A stretch of 64,000 bases of DNA. Origin: Felis catus (taxonomy: Eukaryota). The first letter of the stretch is position 1. Each line of letters opens with the position of its first letter. The stretch is taken from NCBI RefSeq assembly GCF_018350175.1, contig NC_058377.1:61628001-61692000 (forward strand), given 5' to 3'. The notes beneath the pieces were generated by a model. It worked only from the letters and a program-made list of their open reading frames with translations, ran no database searches and was not told the DNA's origin. Below are positions 36,813 to 49,060 of the stretch, in pieces. The translations under genes and the position numbers were made by a program.

Positions 36813-38448
36813 AATTTTTTAAATTTTATTTTTCTCCAGTATGTCAAGTTTGCACAGTTCTTAATGTTTTGAACCAGGATGGGCCTAGTCTGAGTGTAAT
36901 GAAGAGTATGACTTCAAGATTCTCTTCATGACTATCCATCCTGAAGAAGATTCTCTTGATTGTCATCCAGAGGTATGTCGTTTTACGTGTTTCAAAAATG
37001 ACACTGAACCAAAACACTTTTGTACATGCAGTAGTGTTCAATTTTAAATCCCCTTTAGTCATCTAGGCATTTCAACAATCTAATACATATTTTCCTGGGT
37101 CAAGAAAGTTATCTTTTACACTTCTCTTCCAGATGCACAATCTCTCAATTACTTCAGTTTAGTATCCTTTCAAAAATTAAATTAAATTAAATTCATAAAA
37201 TTAAATAAAGCAAAAATACCCTAAGAAGAGCAGAACTCAGAAAAGTTATGGACATACAGTTTTTAAAAGTCGTAGCCTTATATGAAAAGCATTAAGTCAA
37301 CCTAGCCATAACTTTGATAAAGTATGTGGTAATTATTACAAGATACTTAATGTTTCAGTTTATAATTGCCACTGGTATTTCCTCCACTGGGCTCAAGCTT
37401 TTATTGACATCGCTAAGTTGGCCATGGTGTTGACTAATGAAAAGCAAAGGGGCAATTTTTTCCCAAGTTAAATATGAAACTGTATATCTCCAGGGGCAGA
37501 ATCTTGACTTCATTCTGGGAACTTTTACAAATATGTAAGGCATTAGTTCATAAGGCCCAATGTCCAGCACACAAGGAACAGAAAGCAAATCTCTGATCAG
37601 TGTTTTACTTCCCTGTGTGCTTCCTCATTGCATATTGTAGCATCCATACCGGAGGAACTCTATGCAATGGTCCCTTGCTCAGATTGTTCTCTAGTTCCAC
37701 AGTTCGAAGATGGGGAATAATCACTTATTCATCCACTGACTATTTCATTTAGTATATATTCACTCACTGCCTATGGAGGAACATAACAGAGCACAGTAGT
37801 CATATAGGGCAGTATAAAATGGTCAGACACATTTATACAGCATAGAATGTGAGTGTGATGGATAAGAAGAAATGTTAAAAATAAGTAGAAGGGATGGGTT
37901 TGGAAGGATTTCCTTAGGCAATATTGGAAAGTTCTTTAAGGCCAGGGTCCAAAGGCCTCACAAGTAATAAACAAACATTGAATTTTGTCTAAAATGGGAG
38001 GGTGGGAGCAGGAATTATTTATGAGAGTGTTTGGGGCAAGTAAAAGATGGAAGTTATTCCTTAGAGCAGGAGCACTTGAGGAAGTGTGGTATTGAAAGCT
38101 ACACTGCAAGCAAGGCATGTAGGCAAAAAAAGAAACAGGACAGTGTCTTGATCATTCATTATGTCTCCAGCTGAGCACAGTATTTTTTTAGTAAATGTTG
38201 GAAATAGATCAAAGCATTAGCCTGAAGGCTATGTCTTTTGTGTGAAGCCTTCCACAGAGGCCCTGTAATGCCAGTATTCTCTATGTATTTAAAACTTTCT
38301 GGACAATGCAAATGCTCAGGAGGGAGAAGTGTCCTACATTAGTGACTATGCATGGTGCCCCTCCTTTTCTCATTTTCCTTGACCTCTTTGAATAAAACAC
38401 AAGAGCTTCCTATCTGTAGATCCTAAGGGATTTAGCATACCTCCAGAC

Positions 38449-38486
38449 TAAAATAAAATAAAATAAAATAAAATAAAATAAAATAA
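38449..38486. repeat. (TAAAA)n pentanucleotide repeat
   Basis: Read directly; lies just downstream of the delta-type polyA site. Confidence 0.9.
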
Positions 38487-38517
38487 TGAAATGAATCAGG
38501 AAGTTGAGTTAAAGTTC

Positions 38518-38523
38518 TTTATT
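38518..38523 (-). terminator. Polyadenylation signal of the delta-type gene
   Basis: AATAAAGAACTTTAACTCAACTTCCTGAT, an HBD-type 3' end. Confidence 0.9.
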
Positions 38524-38629
38524 AGACAGAAGTCATACCCTTGAAGGTGGACATTATTTCATCGAGTTCAGAAGATCGAATTTAGGGAACTAGGTTCTTC
38601 CAGTGGTCACCAGAAAATAGGCCATGACC

Positions 38630-39966
38630 TCAATGGTACTTGTGGGCCAAGGCATTGGCCACACCAGCCACCACCTTCTGAAAGGCAGCCTGCACCTGGG
38701 GGTTGAAGTCATGGCCAAAGTGGTGGGCCAGCACACACACCAGCACGTTGCCCAGGAGCTGTGGGGAAGACATAGATAGAAAAATATACATGATTAACAG
38801 AGAAATCAAGCTTGGCTTCTGAGAAACTGAGCCAACAATCTTTTTTTTTCCTGCCCATGCTGTAGCCCAAATTGATCTTCAGGTTATCTCCATAGGCAGA
38901 AATGAGTAACCATATATGTATGTATACTGTATAGTTTTGTTATATATGTTTTATATAATAAGGAACAAATTAATTAGTCTGATGATGGCTGTCTTAGCAA
39001 CTACTGCTTCCCTACTTCCCTACTTCTGGTCTACCATCCTCAGATATTCACTTTCCTTTCCTTTCCATTGAGTCTTGATTCCATAAAATTCCAATTATTC
39101 TTTAATTCTGAACTGATTTTTGGACTCTAGATGACATCTTGAGCCTCTCCCCTTTGAGGAGCCCTTCCAATCCCCATTTGGAGAGATAGAAAGACTATTC
39201 CAAGTGTAGAAGTAGAAGATGAGAGCTAGTATGTATAATTTGGGTACTGAGTAGGGAAAAAAGTTAGGGAGAAAAAGAGAGAAGCAAAAGATAAACTATT
39301 AAGTAAGAGCTTGATTAAAAAAAAAAACAAGAATGTGAGAAAGGAAACGACATGGAATACTGAATGAAAAATATAAAACTACATACATTTTGAAAAGCAT
39401 TCAATGATGATATATTCTAAAGTAAAAAGGAAGCTGGAGGGTGAACAGGTAGGTAAAGGAACCAGAGTAGAAGACTAGAAAGTGAAAAGAAAAAACAAAT
39501 GGAAGATATCCTAGACTCACCCTGAAGTTCTCGGGATCCACGTGCAGCTTGTCACAGTGCAGCTCGCTGAGCTTAGCAAAGGCGCCCTTGAGGTCGTCGA
39601 TGTTTTTCAGGCCATCACTGAAGGAGTTCAGCACCTTCTTGCCATGGGCCTTCACCTTACTGTTGCTCATAATGGCATCAGCAGAAGACAGGTCCCCAAA
39701 GGACTGAAAGAACCTCTGAGTCCAGGGGTAGACAACCAGCAGCCTGAGGGGTGAAAACAGCACAGAGGGACAGAGGGAGTCAGTGCCTGTCAGAAGCCCC
39801 AGAGACTGAGCCTTCTCCACCTGCCCAGCATCCATTCACTCTCCTTAGGCCTGCCTCGCAACCTGGATACCAACCTGCCCAGGGCCTCACCGCCAACTTC
39901 ATCCACGTTCACCTTGCCCCACAGGCCATTGACCAGACCCTTCTCCTCAGCACTCAGAAATCCCAT
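38630..39966 (-). CDS. HBD: Adult beta-type globin at the delta position (HBB/HBD chimera; felid HbA-type chain, MGFLSAEEK...[10 protein letters not shown]); exons 39966-39875, 39743-39521, 38758-38630
   Basis: Intact 147-codon gene. Promoter through exon 2 is nearly identical to HBB. Intron 2 (762 nt) and 3'UTR do not align with HBB and resemble HBD as I recall it. Confidence 0.9.
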
Positions 39967-40044
39967 GTTGTCTGTTGGTGTGGTTGCCAGCGAACACAGT
40001 TGTGTCAGAAGCAAGTGTAAGCTGGTAGCTATCCCTGCTCTTCC

Positions 40045-40126
40045 TTTTATGCCCAGGCCTGATCTTACCCTCCCTGCTCCTGTGAGCAGATTGGCCCAGG
40101 CCTAGGTGTGGTCCTGCAGGGGGAGG
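40045..40126 (-). promoter_or_regulatory. Beta-type promoter on the delta-position gene: CATAAAA 40045-40051, CCAAT 40090-40094, CACCC variants 40103-40126
   Basis: Identical to 35789-35870 (offset 4256). Confidence 0.92.
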
Positions 40127-40182
40127 TCTGAATGATGACAGCCATACCTGTCCTCCAAATGTTCTAAATGTTTCAAAAGCAA

Positions 40183-40184
<2 letters not shown>

Positions 40185-40222
<38 letters not shown>
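40185..40222. repeat. (AC)19 at the junction of the beta-like promoter and an L1 fragment
   Basis: Read directly. Confidence 0.97.
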
Positions 40223-40224
<2 letters not shown>

Positions 40225-40645
40225 GAATATTACTCCGCCATCAGAAAAGAGTGAAATGTTGCCATTTGCAATAATGTGGATGGAACTATAGTGTATTACA
40301 CTAAGCAAAACGAATCAGACAAAGACAAATACTATATGATTTCACTCACATGTTGAATTTAAGAAGCAAAATACATGGAATGGAAGAAAAAATGAAAGAA
40401 GATAGAAACAGAGAGGGGGACAAACCACAAGAGACTCTTAACTGTAGAGAACAAACTGAGGGTTGCTGGAGGAGAGGTTGGGGGGATGGGCTAAATGGGT
40501 GATGGGCATTAAGGATGGCACTTGTGTTGAACACTGGGTGTTACATGTAAGTGATGAATCGCTGAATTCTACTCTTGAAACCAATACTACGCTATATATT
40601 AAGTTAAATTTGAATAAAATCTTGGAAGAAAAACAAAAACAGAAA
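40223..40645 (+). mobile_element. L1 3'-end fragment beginning exactly at the (AC)n
   Basis: TGGAATATTACTC...GCCATTTGCA...TGGATGGAACTA...TATGATTTCACTCA and carnivore L1 3'UTR with A-rich tail. Confidence 0.9.
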
Positions 40646-41747
40646 ACTTTGTAATATATTTGTGAGGTAGGAATTATTATTCCACTTTACAAACAAGGAA
40701 ATTCATTCTGGGAAATGTTGACTAAACTTTTCGAGGGGATGGGGATGTAATTTGATCTTTTCCTGCTATTCCCAAAGCCCAGGCTTTTTGCTTCTATGCC
40801 AGGGGCTTGGGTATTGGAATTTGAAGTGATGGCCACAAAAATGGCTGTGCTCAACTGCCAGCTCCATACAAGGGACTCTCGGCATTTTCTGTTCTGAGAA
40901 TAGGTTTTCCTCTTTTCATTCACCAGACAGGGAACCTGGCTATCGTCTGTGACTTCACTACTCTCTACTGCACTCTCTTCCAAGTCCTGCGGTATCTTTG
41001 CCACAATGATACCTTACTTTTTTCTTAGTTTAATTGCCCCTGTGAAGTTCGGTCCTTTGCCCTCATTCTAATCACAGCACATTCCTATGGATAGATCCAT
41101 GTTAGACCCTGTCTTGTCAGTTCTATATCCATGCATGGATCAGTTTCCCTAAAATTCCCTATTCACTATGTTACTCGTGTGTGCAAAAAATTTCACTGGT
41201 ACTTTGCTTATAATGATAGTTTCTTTTCTGCTTTTTCCTGGCAGCAGTGTCCCTAATTTTATGCCGCTGTGCTGCTTTCAAGGGACTGATTCCTCCTCTG
41301 TCACTTAGACCCTGCATTTGTCATTTTCCCACATTAATGGCCTTTTGTCTCCACCAAAGGAATTGGAAACATGTTCCAGGTCACAGAACTAGCAGGTGAG
41401 ATACAGATTCAAATCAAAGCAGTTACTTCCTATGCCTTAGAGACAGTTCCTCCATTAATACCACTGAAGACACTAGGGAAAGTTTAGAGCATGGTCCTTG
41501 CCTAGGTCTCTGGGTAGTCCCATTTGAACTTTATTACAGCTGATAAAAACATGTTTCTTATATTAAATGGAAGCAAAATATAGCACCAAAGAGCTCTGAG
41601 CCTATACAGTCCCCTCTGTGAACCCCAACTCACTACAACATTCTTCTTACATTTCTCTAGAGTATCTCCATTCACTCCCTTTTGCTGAAGACATTATTCA
41701 ACTCGAGTCTACCTTCCCTTCCTAGAAGTACCTTCGTTTGAAGCTAC

Positions 41748-41976
41748 TTTTTTTAAGTTTATTGATTTATTTTGAGAGAGAGAGGGAGACAGAGAGACAG
41801 AGAGAGAGAACAAGTGGGGGAGGGGCAGAGAGGGAAGGAGAGAGAGAGAATCTAAAGCAGGCTCCATGACTTCAGTGTAGAGCCCAATGCAGGACTTGAA
41901 CGTACGAACTGTGAGATCATGACCTGAGCTGAAACCAAGAGTTGGATGCTTAATTGACTGAGCCACCCAGGTGCCC
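41748..41976 (-). mobile_element. CAN-SINE
   Basis: Typical antisense structure. Confidence 0.9.
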
Positions 41977-42144
41977 AAAGCCACTCTTATCTTGAAGAAT
42001 CTTATAAGGCTCTCTTCTCTATCCTCCCCAAACTCCTTATTTCAAATAACCCCGTTCCTTATAGGATTGCTTTCTTTTAGTTGAATCAACATAAGAGATA
42101 AAGACAGAGAGAGAAAACAAGGATGTTTCTTATAGAGCACAATG

Positions 42145-42155
42145 TTTATTTTATT
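42145..42155 (-). terminator. Eta-globin polyA signal (overlapping AATAAA hexamers)
   Basis: About 110 nt past the stop codon. Confidence 0.8.
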
Positions 42156-42264
42156 TTTATCATATAGCACTTAAGTAAGGAGGCAGGACACTGCCCATCT
42201 GCAGGAGATTGATTCTTGGAACACAGGGCCATCCAGTAGGTGCCAACATGGTTAGATAAGCACC

Positions 42265-43689
42265 TCAGTGGTACCTGTGGGCCAGAGCATTAGCCACAGC
42301 AGCGGTCAGCTTCTGCCAAGCAGCCTGCACCTGTGGAGTAAACTCCTTGCTGAAGTGAGTTGCCAAGACAATCAAAATCATGTTGCCTAGAAGCTGGGGA
42401 GAGAGTGGGGATAAAAAGAAAATGGTACCTAGTGAACAGAAAGCCTCAAACTGGTCACATCCATTATCTTCCTGATAAGAGATTGAGTAACTTTCAGGGT
42501 CATGATCCCACAGAAGTTTACCATAATATGCTTGACATCGGCATCAATATGACTCCTAGCCCTGAACTTTCCATTGTGTCTGGCCTTCTCTCATTTGCCC
42601 TGCCAGCTTCCACATTAGAATATTGCTATGGATGGCTTCTCTTTTGTAGAGACTCTGTCTTTTTTTTAAGTAGGATTATAGTACTGCAAGTATAGTCTAA
42701 GTCCCCAGATAATATGTACATTCAAATTGTTTGGTCACTCACATGACAAAGAATCTTCTGCCATGTATACGAGAGCATTCCATCACTGCTAAAGGGGGCA
42801 GGGTTCACAATCATCCATTGAAAAGATTGCTGTTATTTTGTCTTGCTTAGTCCAGGTTCTAAACTCAAGAATCATGCATAAATGTATTCATCATTTTTAG
42901 ACAAAATTTCAATTACCAAAGGTAAGGCATTCTTCTTCCTGTAATTGTATGCTCAGGCCAAAACCATTTAACTCAGTTGTGGCCAATGTTCTTCCCTGGT
43001 CATAATAATTGTTTCAGAAATATAAGATGGCCAGTGGTCTCCACTGGTCACAATAATTATCCTACTCCATCTTAACTATGGAGTAGTTAACATCCAAACT
43101 ACGTTTGGAACAACCTAACTACCAAAATCAAGCTCTTCCTTAAATATTACATCCCAACAATTACCTTCATAGAATCAGACTTAAGTACCTGTGTTTCCTA
43201 ACGTACCCACAATGCAAATATCTGGGGTGAAGGAACAGAGCACAAGCATGCCTAGAACTCACCTTGAAGTTCTCAGGATCCACATGCATCTTGTCACAAT
43301 GCAGCTCACTCAGCTCAGCAAAGGTGTCCTTGAGGTCATCCATATGTTTAACAGCATTTCCAAAGGAGGTCAGTACCTTCTTGCCATGGGCCTTGACCTT
43401 GGGGTTGCCCATTATGGCAGACTCAGAGGATAAGTTGCCAAAATTGTCAAAGAATCTCTGGGTCCATGGATAAACAACCAGGAGCCTGTGGGATGATCAT
43501 AGTCACAGACCAGATAGGAAGTCACAGTATGTAAGAAACCTGACCAATTCCCCTTTCAGGAACACTTTCTGCCTTCCTGCCCCCTTCCAGTGCCTACCTT
43601 CCCAGGACCTCGCCTCCAACCAACTCCACGTTCACCTTGGCCCACAGGCTAACAACAGCAGCCTTCTCTTCAGCCGTAAAATGCACCAT
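42265..43689 (-). CDS. HBH: Eta-globin (embryonic beta-type; orthologue of the human pseudogene HBBP1), intact; exons 43689-43598, 43485-43263, 42393-42265
   Basis: [31 protein letters not shown]...[10 protein letters not shown]...[20 protein letters not shown]...[42 protein letters not shown]; eta-diagnostic residues; GT-AG introns; no stops. Confidence 0.9.
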
Positions 43690-43761
43690 GGTATCTGGGA
43701 GCTTACTGGTGATCACTAAGGTGCCAAAAGCAAGTCGGTGCTGCTGCTTCTCTGTGTGGCC

Positions 43762-43852
43762 TTTTATTCATCACTTCTAGTTTCCAGGCCCTTGCTTCTC
43801 CCAATGAGGTGAGACTATTGGTCAAGTGTGGGTTGTCACCACCAGGGTGGGG
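43762..43852 (-). promoter_or_regulatory. Eta promoter: AATAAAA 43762-43768, CCAAT 43817-43821 overlapping TGACCA 43819-43824, CACCC 43845-43852
   Basis: Embryonic-type promoter architecture. Confidence 0.88.
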
Positions 43853-44449
43853 TTTGGACAAGGGAGGGTCAGCAGGATGGACATTTGTGTCTCTGATAGT
43901 GTTGGGTGGCTCTATCAGGGGGATTCTTCTGCCCTTCCCCACCATCCACTATGCATATCGTATCTCAGTCTTCCCACCCCATCAGCCCTGAGATGACCTG
44001 CAGGCTGACCATGAGGCATGACTAGAATTCAGAGGAGTAAGAATTAGAGATCTTCTGGGCATTGTGTCAGGTGTTTACAAGACATCACTCTGTTGTTTTC
44101 TTTGGGTATAAAAGAAGCCATAGCTTTTCTTGGTCACCAGTTTTCCTAAAGCTTAAATGAGGCTTATACTTTTATAAGTGAAGAAGAAAAGATCCCAATC
44201 CAGCTTCAGTTCAGAAATAGGACAGGTAAAAACTAAGTAATTTGGAGAACTGAGTACTGCCTGATTGTTGGCGAGTTCTATTAAAATATATGTGCATCTC
44301 CTTGTCTGAACAATTTTGTTCATTCTGATTATACACACAGTGTCTCTGGCCAATGTGAACTATTCACTCAGTTGTTTCAGAAGATACAGATTTGAGTATT
44401 GGAGAAAACTGAGTGTTCCACAGAACATATTAGACTCTGTGGCCACAGC

Positions 44450-45015
44450 TAGGGATTAGGGGAGTTGTCTTTGGCATTTATTGTATCTACACTCCTTTGT
44501 TGTGGTTAACCATTCCTCATTTCTAATCAGGCAGAGGCAATCCTCACTGACAGTGTTTCACACACTACTATCCTGTAGCCTAATAATGTGCTTTGGTCTC
44601 ATGCGTCTCAAACAAGCATTTATAGGTCTAGATGGGGCACACTTCCAGGGAGAGAGNNNNNNNNNNNNNNNNNNNNNNNNNNNNNNNNNNNNNNNNNNNN
44701 NNNNNNNNNNNNNNNNNNNNNNNNNNNNNNNNNNNNNNNNNNNNNNNNNNNNNNNNNNNNNNNNNNNNNNNNNNNNNNNNNNNNNNNNNNNNNNNNNNNN
44801 NNNNNNNNNNNNNNNNNNNNNNNNNNNNNNNNNNNNNNNTTATTGTTCCCATGTTTTAAGCTCCAGGAAGCTGGTTTGTTTGTTTCTCCCAGAGATGACT
44901 CTTACAAAAATTTTTTTTCTCAATTTAAGAAATAATCTCCATGTGTATTTACAAAGGTACTCTAACATGTAAAGAGTTCAGCCTAATATATTAGTGTTGG
45001 ATTTCTGCTAGTATA
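44450..45015. repeat. Ancient duplicated block A' (eta 5' flank), paralogous to 50930-51340
   Basis: Shared words GAGTTGTCT, CACTGACAG, CACACACTACT, CTTTGGTCTCA, CAAGCATTTATAGG, TTGTTTGTTTCTCCC, ATTTCTGCTA in the same order. Confidence 0.85.
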
Positions 45016-45755
45016 AAAGAAATCCTTTGTCTGTTTGATATAGTGAAGGCTTTTATCAATTTATCTTGGGAAAAAAACTTACATTTACACTGTGGATAAG
45101 AATTGTTAAGGTGCTGGAAGCTACTTTATCATGACAGACTTGATTATCTGTGAGCTCTCAAGTCCAAGCTGTGCTGATGTGAACACTTTGGTACAGAGAT
45201 ATAAAGAAAAAATGTGTGAATCAATCCCAAAAAGATTTCTTCAAGGGAAGAAGTCAATGACATAAAAGAAACCCAAGGAAATGTTGACCACAGCCAGGAA
45301 TCCCACCTACCCTTAGCCATGTGCATGGTCGGAGGGAAAGGCTCAGGGCCCTTGTTCCCTGATGGCCCTGGTGCTTGTTTGGCCCACTGTGTGCACACTG
45401 GGACCCCACAGACTTGGGGATATCTGCATCTCTGAATGTTGGCAAATAGCCTCCCACATTTCCAGCAAACCAACAATGATTCTGGTAGTTACCTCTAACT
45501 CCTGCTTTTCTCTCACCTTCTTTAGACAATTACTTTGCAAGAATTTTTTACTTCTCCCGTTCATGGCTGTTTCACACTTCCACCTTATTTCCATGCTCAC
45601 TGTTCCCACCGCTGTCTGGAAGCTTATCGCATTGATGCTAGATCATCATCACAGTCATCTATCAGTTTTCTGGTCATTCATCCATCACGTATTTAAAAAG
45701 CACATATTGACCGAGGCCAATAATGCCATGCATTGTTTTAAAAACTGAGAATCTT

Positions 45756-45910
45756 GGGGATCCTGGGTGGCTCAGTTGGTTAAGCATCTGACTTCAGCTC
45801 AGATCATGATCTCACCGGTCTTGAGTTCTGGCCTGCTTGGACTTTTCCCTCTTCCTGCTCATCCCCCTCTCTCAAAAATAAATAAACATTTAAAAATAAA
45901 AAAAAAAACA
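45756..45910 (+). mobile_element. Internally deleted CAN-SINE
   Basis: Head plus tail. Confidence 0.85.
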
Positions 45911-46224
45911 ACTGGAAATCCTGGAAAAAAACAAAACAATGTATCTAGTCTCATCATGCTCACATTCTAGTGGGTAGAGGATACTGACACTAATAATTAA
46001 ATCAGCAAAGAAGTTCAGATGGTGTTTGTTATATGACGAGGAACAAAATGCATCTGATGACATGGTGGCAAGTGACTAGACAAAAATAATGTAAGGACAG
46101 AGGTCTGAAAGGAAGATACATTTGAACTGGGACCTTGATGACAATATGGAGCCAGGCATAAGTAGTTTCCTGGAAGCCAGGAAAGGCAAGTGTGAAACTT
46201 GGAGGCTGGACAGAAAAGGAGAAA

Positions 46225-46295
46225 GAAAGAAGAAAGAAAGAAAGGAAGGAAGGAAGGAAGGAAGGAAGGAAGGAAGGAAGGAAGGAAGAAAGAAA
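46225..46295. repeat. (GAAG)n/(GAAA)n polypurine tract
   Basis: Read directly. Confidence 0.92.
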
Positions 46296-47356
46296 AGCCT
46301 AACACGACAAGCCTAAGGCATGACAAGATCTGAGAGAGAGAGATGTTAAGGGAAGAGTGGGAAGGAGCAAAGTTGGATGACGGCCCCAGGCCTCACCATT
46401 TGGGCACCTGAGGGTAGAGTGTGGGTATTTTACACTAAGGCCTGGGAAACGAGCAGAGATTTGTAAACCTGGCATCAGCGTGATTGCTAATCTACTCAAC
46501 ACCCACAGCGAGGCTAACTTTCTCACTGTCCTGTCCATCACATTACAGCTTTGTCTATAACTCGAAATTAACTTCTGGTCAGAGGAATACTCCTGTGATC
46601 CTCCCCAACTATTCTGTGCAATATCTTTCCTTTCCCTTTTGATCTCTCAGCGGTCATCTGCTTCGCTGAGCTGCCTTCTCAGCTTCTTCTGGTTCATCTC
46701 CCCCCACCTAAATCCCCACTTCTCTGAGTAGTTTATAGGGATCTCCCGTCTTTGAAACACTGTAGCAAATCTGCTGGCTCCCGCATGCTGTCTCCTGATG
46801 GTATGCAGTCAATTTAATGTCCCCAGCGGCTCTCACCACTTAAGCCACAAAGTTCTTTCCTAAAGCCCAGGGCCGGTTCTTTGGAGGTGATTTCAAAGAG
46901 TTATCCCCCTGCTCAGACCTCCAACCCCTCCCATCCCTAATCTATCCTCACAAGAGCTTGTGACAAACCAGCTGCTTTTAGAAAACATGTTCCCCCCTGT
47001 TAGCAGAATGGAATTGCAGCCCTTGCCTGGACCTTGACCTTTTGAGAACTGGGTTAATTTTCCCTAGAAGAATCCCCACTGGTACTCTATCTCCATCCTT
47101 GGTCTTCACCAGAGTCCTCACTCAGACCCATGTAATCATCTGGTTCAGAGGAGTTCTTGTCCTGTGACACCCATCCTCTCTCATCACAGCTTTCCCCATG
47201 CCCCCAGCCATATGTCATTAGCTTTAACTTGAAGAGCCCCTAAGTGTATGTTTTCCCCAAATGTATGTCCCAAGCATATATTCCTTTCATTGTCCTATTG
47301 TTTTCTTATTTTCTTGCCAAAATCTTTACGGCATACAAATATTGAATGGAGAGACT

Positions 47357-47361
47357 ACACG

Positions 47362-47397
<36 letters not shown>
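47357..47397. repeat. (CA)n
   Basis: Read directly. Confidence 0.92.
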
Positions 47398-47403
<6 letters not shown>

Positions 47404-47496
47404 GCGCAACAAATAATTCCCGGGATTCTCACAAGTGTAACAGCAAATGGGAAAAGTAGAACTGAAGACAATCAGTAAAGAATTCTTAGCAGAGCA

Positions 47497-47560
47497 CTAT
47501 TATTACCATTGCTATTATTATTATCATTACTACTACTGCTACCACTCCTATTGCTATTGT
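47497..47560. repeat. Degenerate (TAT/TAC)n trinucleotide tract
   Basis: Read directly. Confidence 0.8.
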
Positions 47561-48539
47561 TTGAAAATAAAGCTCTTCTTTGCTGACTCTACAATACTAA
47601 ACAGGGGACTCAGCGATCCCAGTTTCCCAGGAGCTGTGGAGGTGGCAAGAGGTAACAGATATGTACGAGGGACAGAGTGTTCCAGGTGGGTCTCCAGGTA
47701 TCTGGCCAGCCAATTTCCATTTAGAACCACACTAATGTCAATTTCCCACAAAGCCTGAGGTCTTGCCTGGTGACTAAACACAAGTGTGTTCTCCTTGCTG
47801 GACTAACCCCTGGCCATGATTCCACTTTTTCTTTCTTCTCCCCATGACCAACCTCCTATTTTGTGGGCTGAAAAACAAGGACCCACAGGTTTCTTTCCCA
47901 TAGCCACTCCAGGACACATGTTCTTGCCATTTCCCTCCCTCAGAGACGATCTGCCCCACCTTAGGATTTATAGGATTTAAGTTTGAAATGGGTCTCTAGG
48001 AGCAATTTTGTACAAGTGTCCAGCCTATATATGAATAACCTTAGCAATGTATTTGTGAACCGTAGGTTCCTTCTTTATATAGAGCCAACATTTGCCTGCA
48101 TAGATATTTCTCCTTGGCCTTGTTTTTTCTGCCTCCAGGAGAGAAAAAAAGTAAAGTTCAAGTTACCAATAGTCATTTTTCTTCACCTCTATACAAGTCT
48201 CTTCTAAAAACAAAGAATTCAAACAGGTCCCTGTAGATTTCGAGAAGTGCTCCTTAGGCCCTTTGATCTTAGTTCAGTTCTCTCAACTCCAGTGTTTCCA
48301 AATCTTCCCCTTCTCACAGCCATCCTAGATTGCAGTCAGGTCAGTGCTCAGTTGTCTAAGCTGTCCCAAAGCTAAAAGAGGGTGTGAACATCTCCTAGAT
48401 TTACCTGAAGTTCTTAGGGTCTACTTGTGACATATCACAGCATTGCTTACTCAAATGGACAAAAGTGGCCTTAAGATCATCCAGGTGCTATGAGGACAAT
48501 TTATATCTCATTGCGAGTGGGACACAATTATATTAGCAA

Positions 48540-49060
48540 TGATCTCTTTAAGGGGGCAATATTTGAGCTGAGGTCACAATGGCATGAAGTTGCTGCCATG
48601 GGAAGATACTAAGAAAGAAAGGTTCTGGAAGTTGGAATAGCAAATGTAAAACTCTAAGGCAGGAAAACACACACCCTCCCACACATACGCAATGTACCTG
48701 TATATGCAGAGAGACAAATAGTGGGTCAATGGTGTTGACATGGAAATAGCAAAGAAAAGAGTGGTCGGAGATGATAGTAGAGGTAACACATGCTTACAGC
48801 TCTTCAGGATTAGCTTCATTATCTTGAGTAGGAAGCCATTAGAGAATTTTAATCATGATACTGATACCATTTCTAATCTGTTTGTACTCTTGTCTAGATT
48901 AATATTGCAAGAATATCTTGTTCCTTCCCAAACTGTTTTGCTCAAGTGGGTTTTATAGACTACTGAGAAATATGAGAGCCCATTCAAATATTAAATACTC
49001 TGATGTTGAAGGCATGCGTTTTGTGTGCATGCGTGTGTGTGTGTGTGTGTGTGTGTACGT
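48540..49060. repeat. Ancient duplicated block C', paralogous to 51610-52095
   Basis: Shared TATTTGAGCTG, TGGAATAG, GAAGCCATTA, AGATTAATATT-CAAGAATATCT, TGTTTTGCTCA and terminal (TG)n. Confidence 0.85.

Noticed and set aside
43031-43047. Short inverted repeat CCAGTGG-TCT-CCACTGG in eta intron 2
   Set aside because: A 7-bp stem is expected by chance in 64 kb.
42265-43689. Calling this gene gamma-globin
   Set aside because: Residues ([38 protein letters not shown]) and the single sense CCAAT fit eta, and a separate empty paralogous site exists upstream.
45144-45748. Overlapping 88-128 aa ORFs between the gamma site and eta
   Set aside because: No globin or other recognisable motifs.
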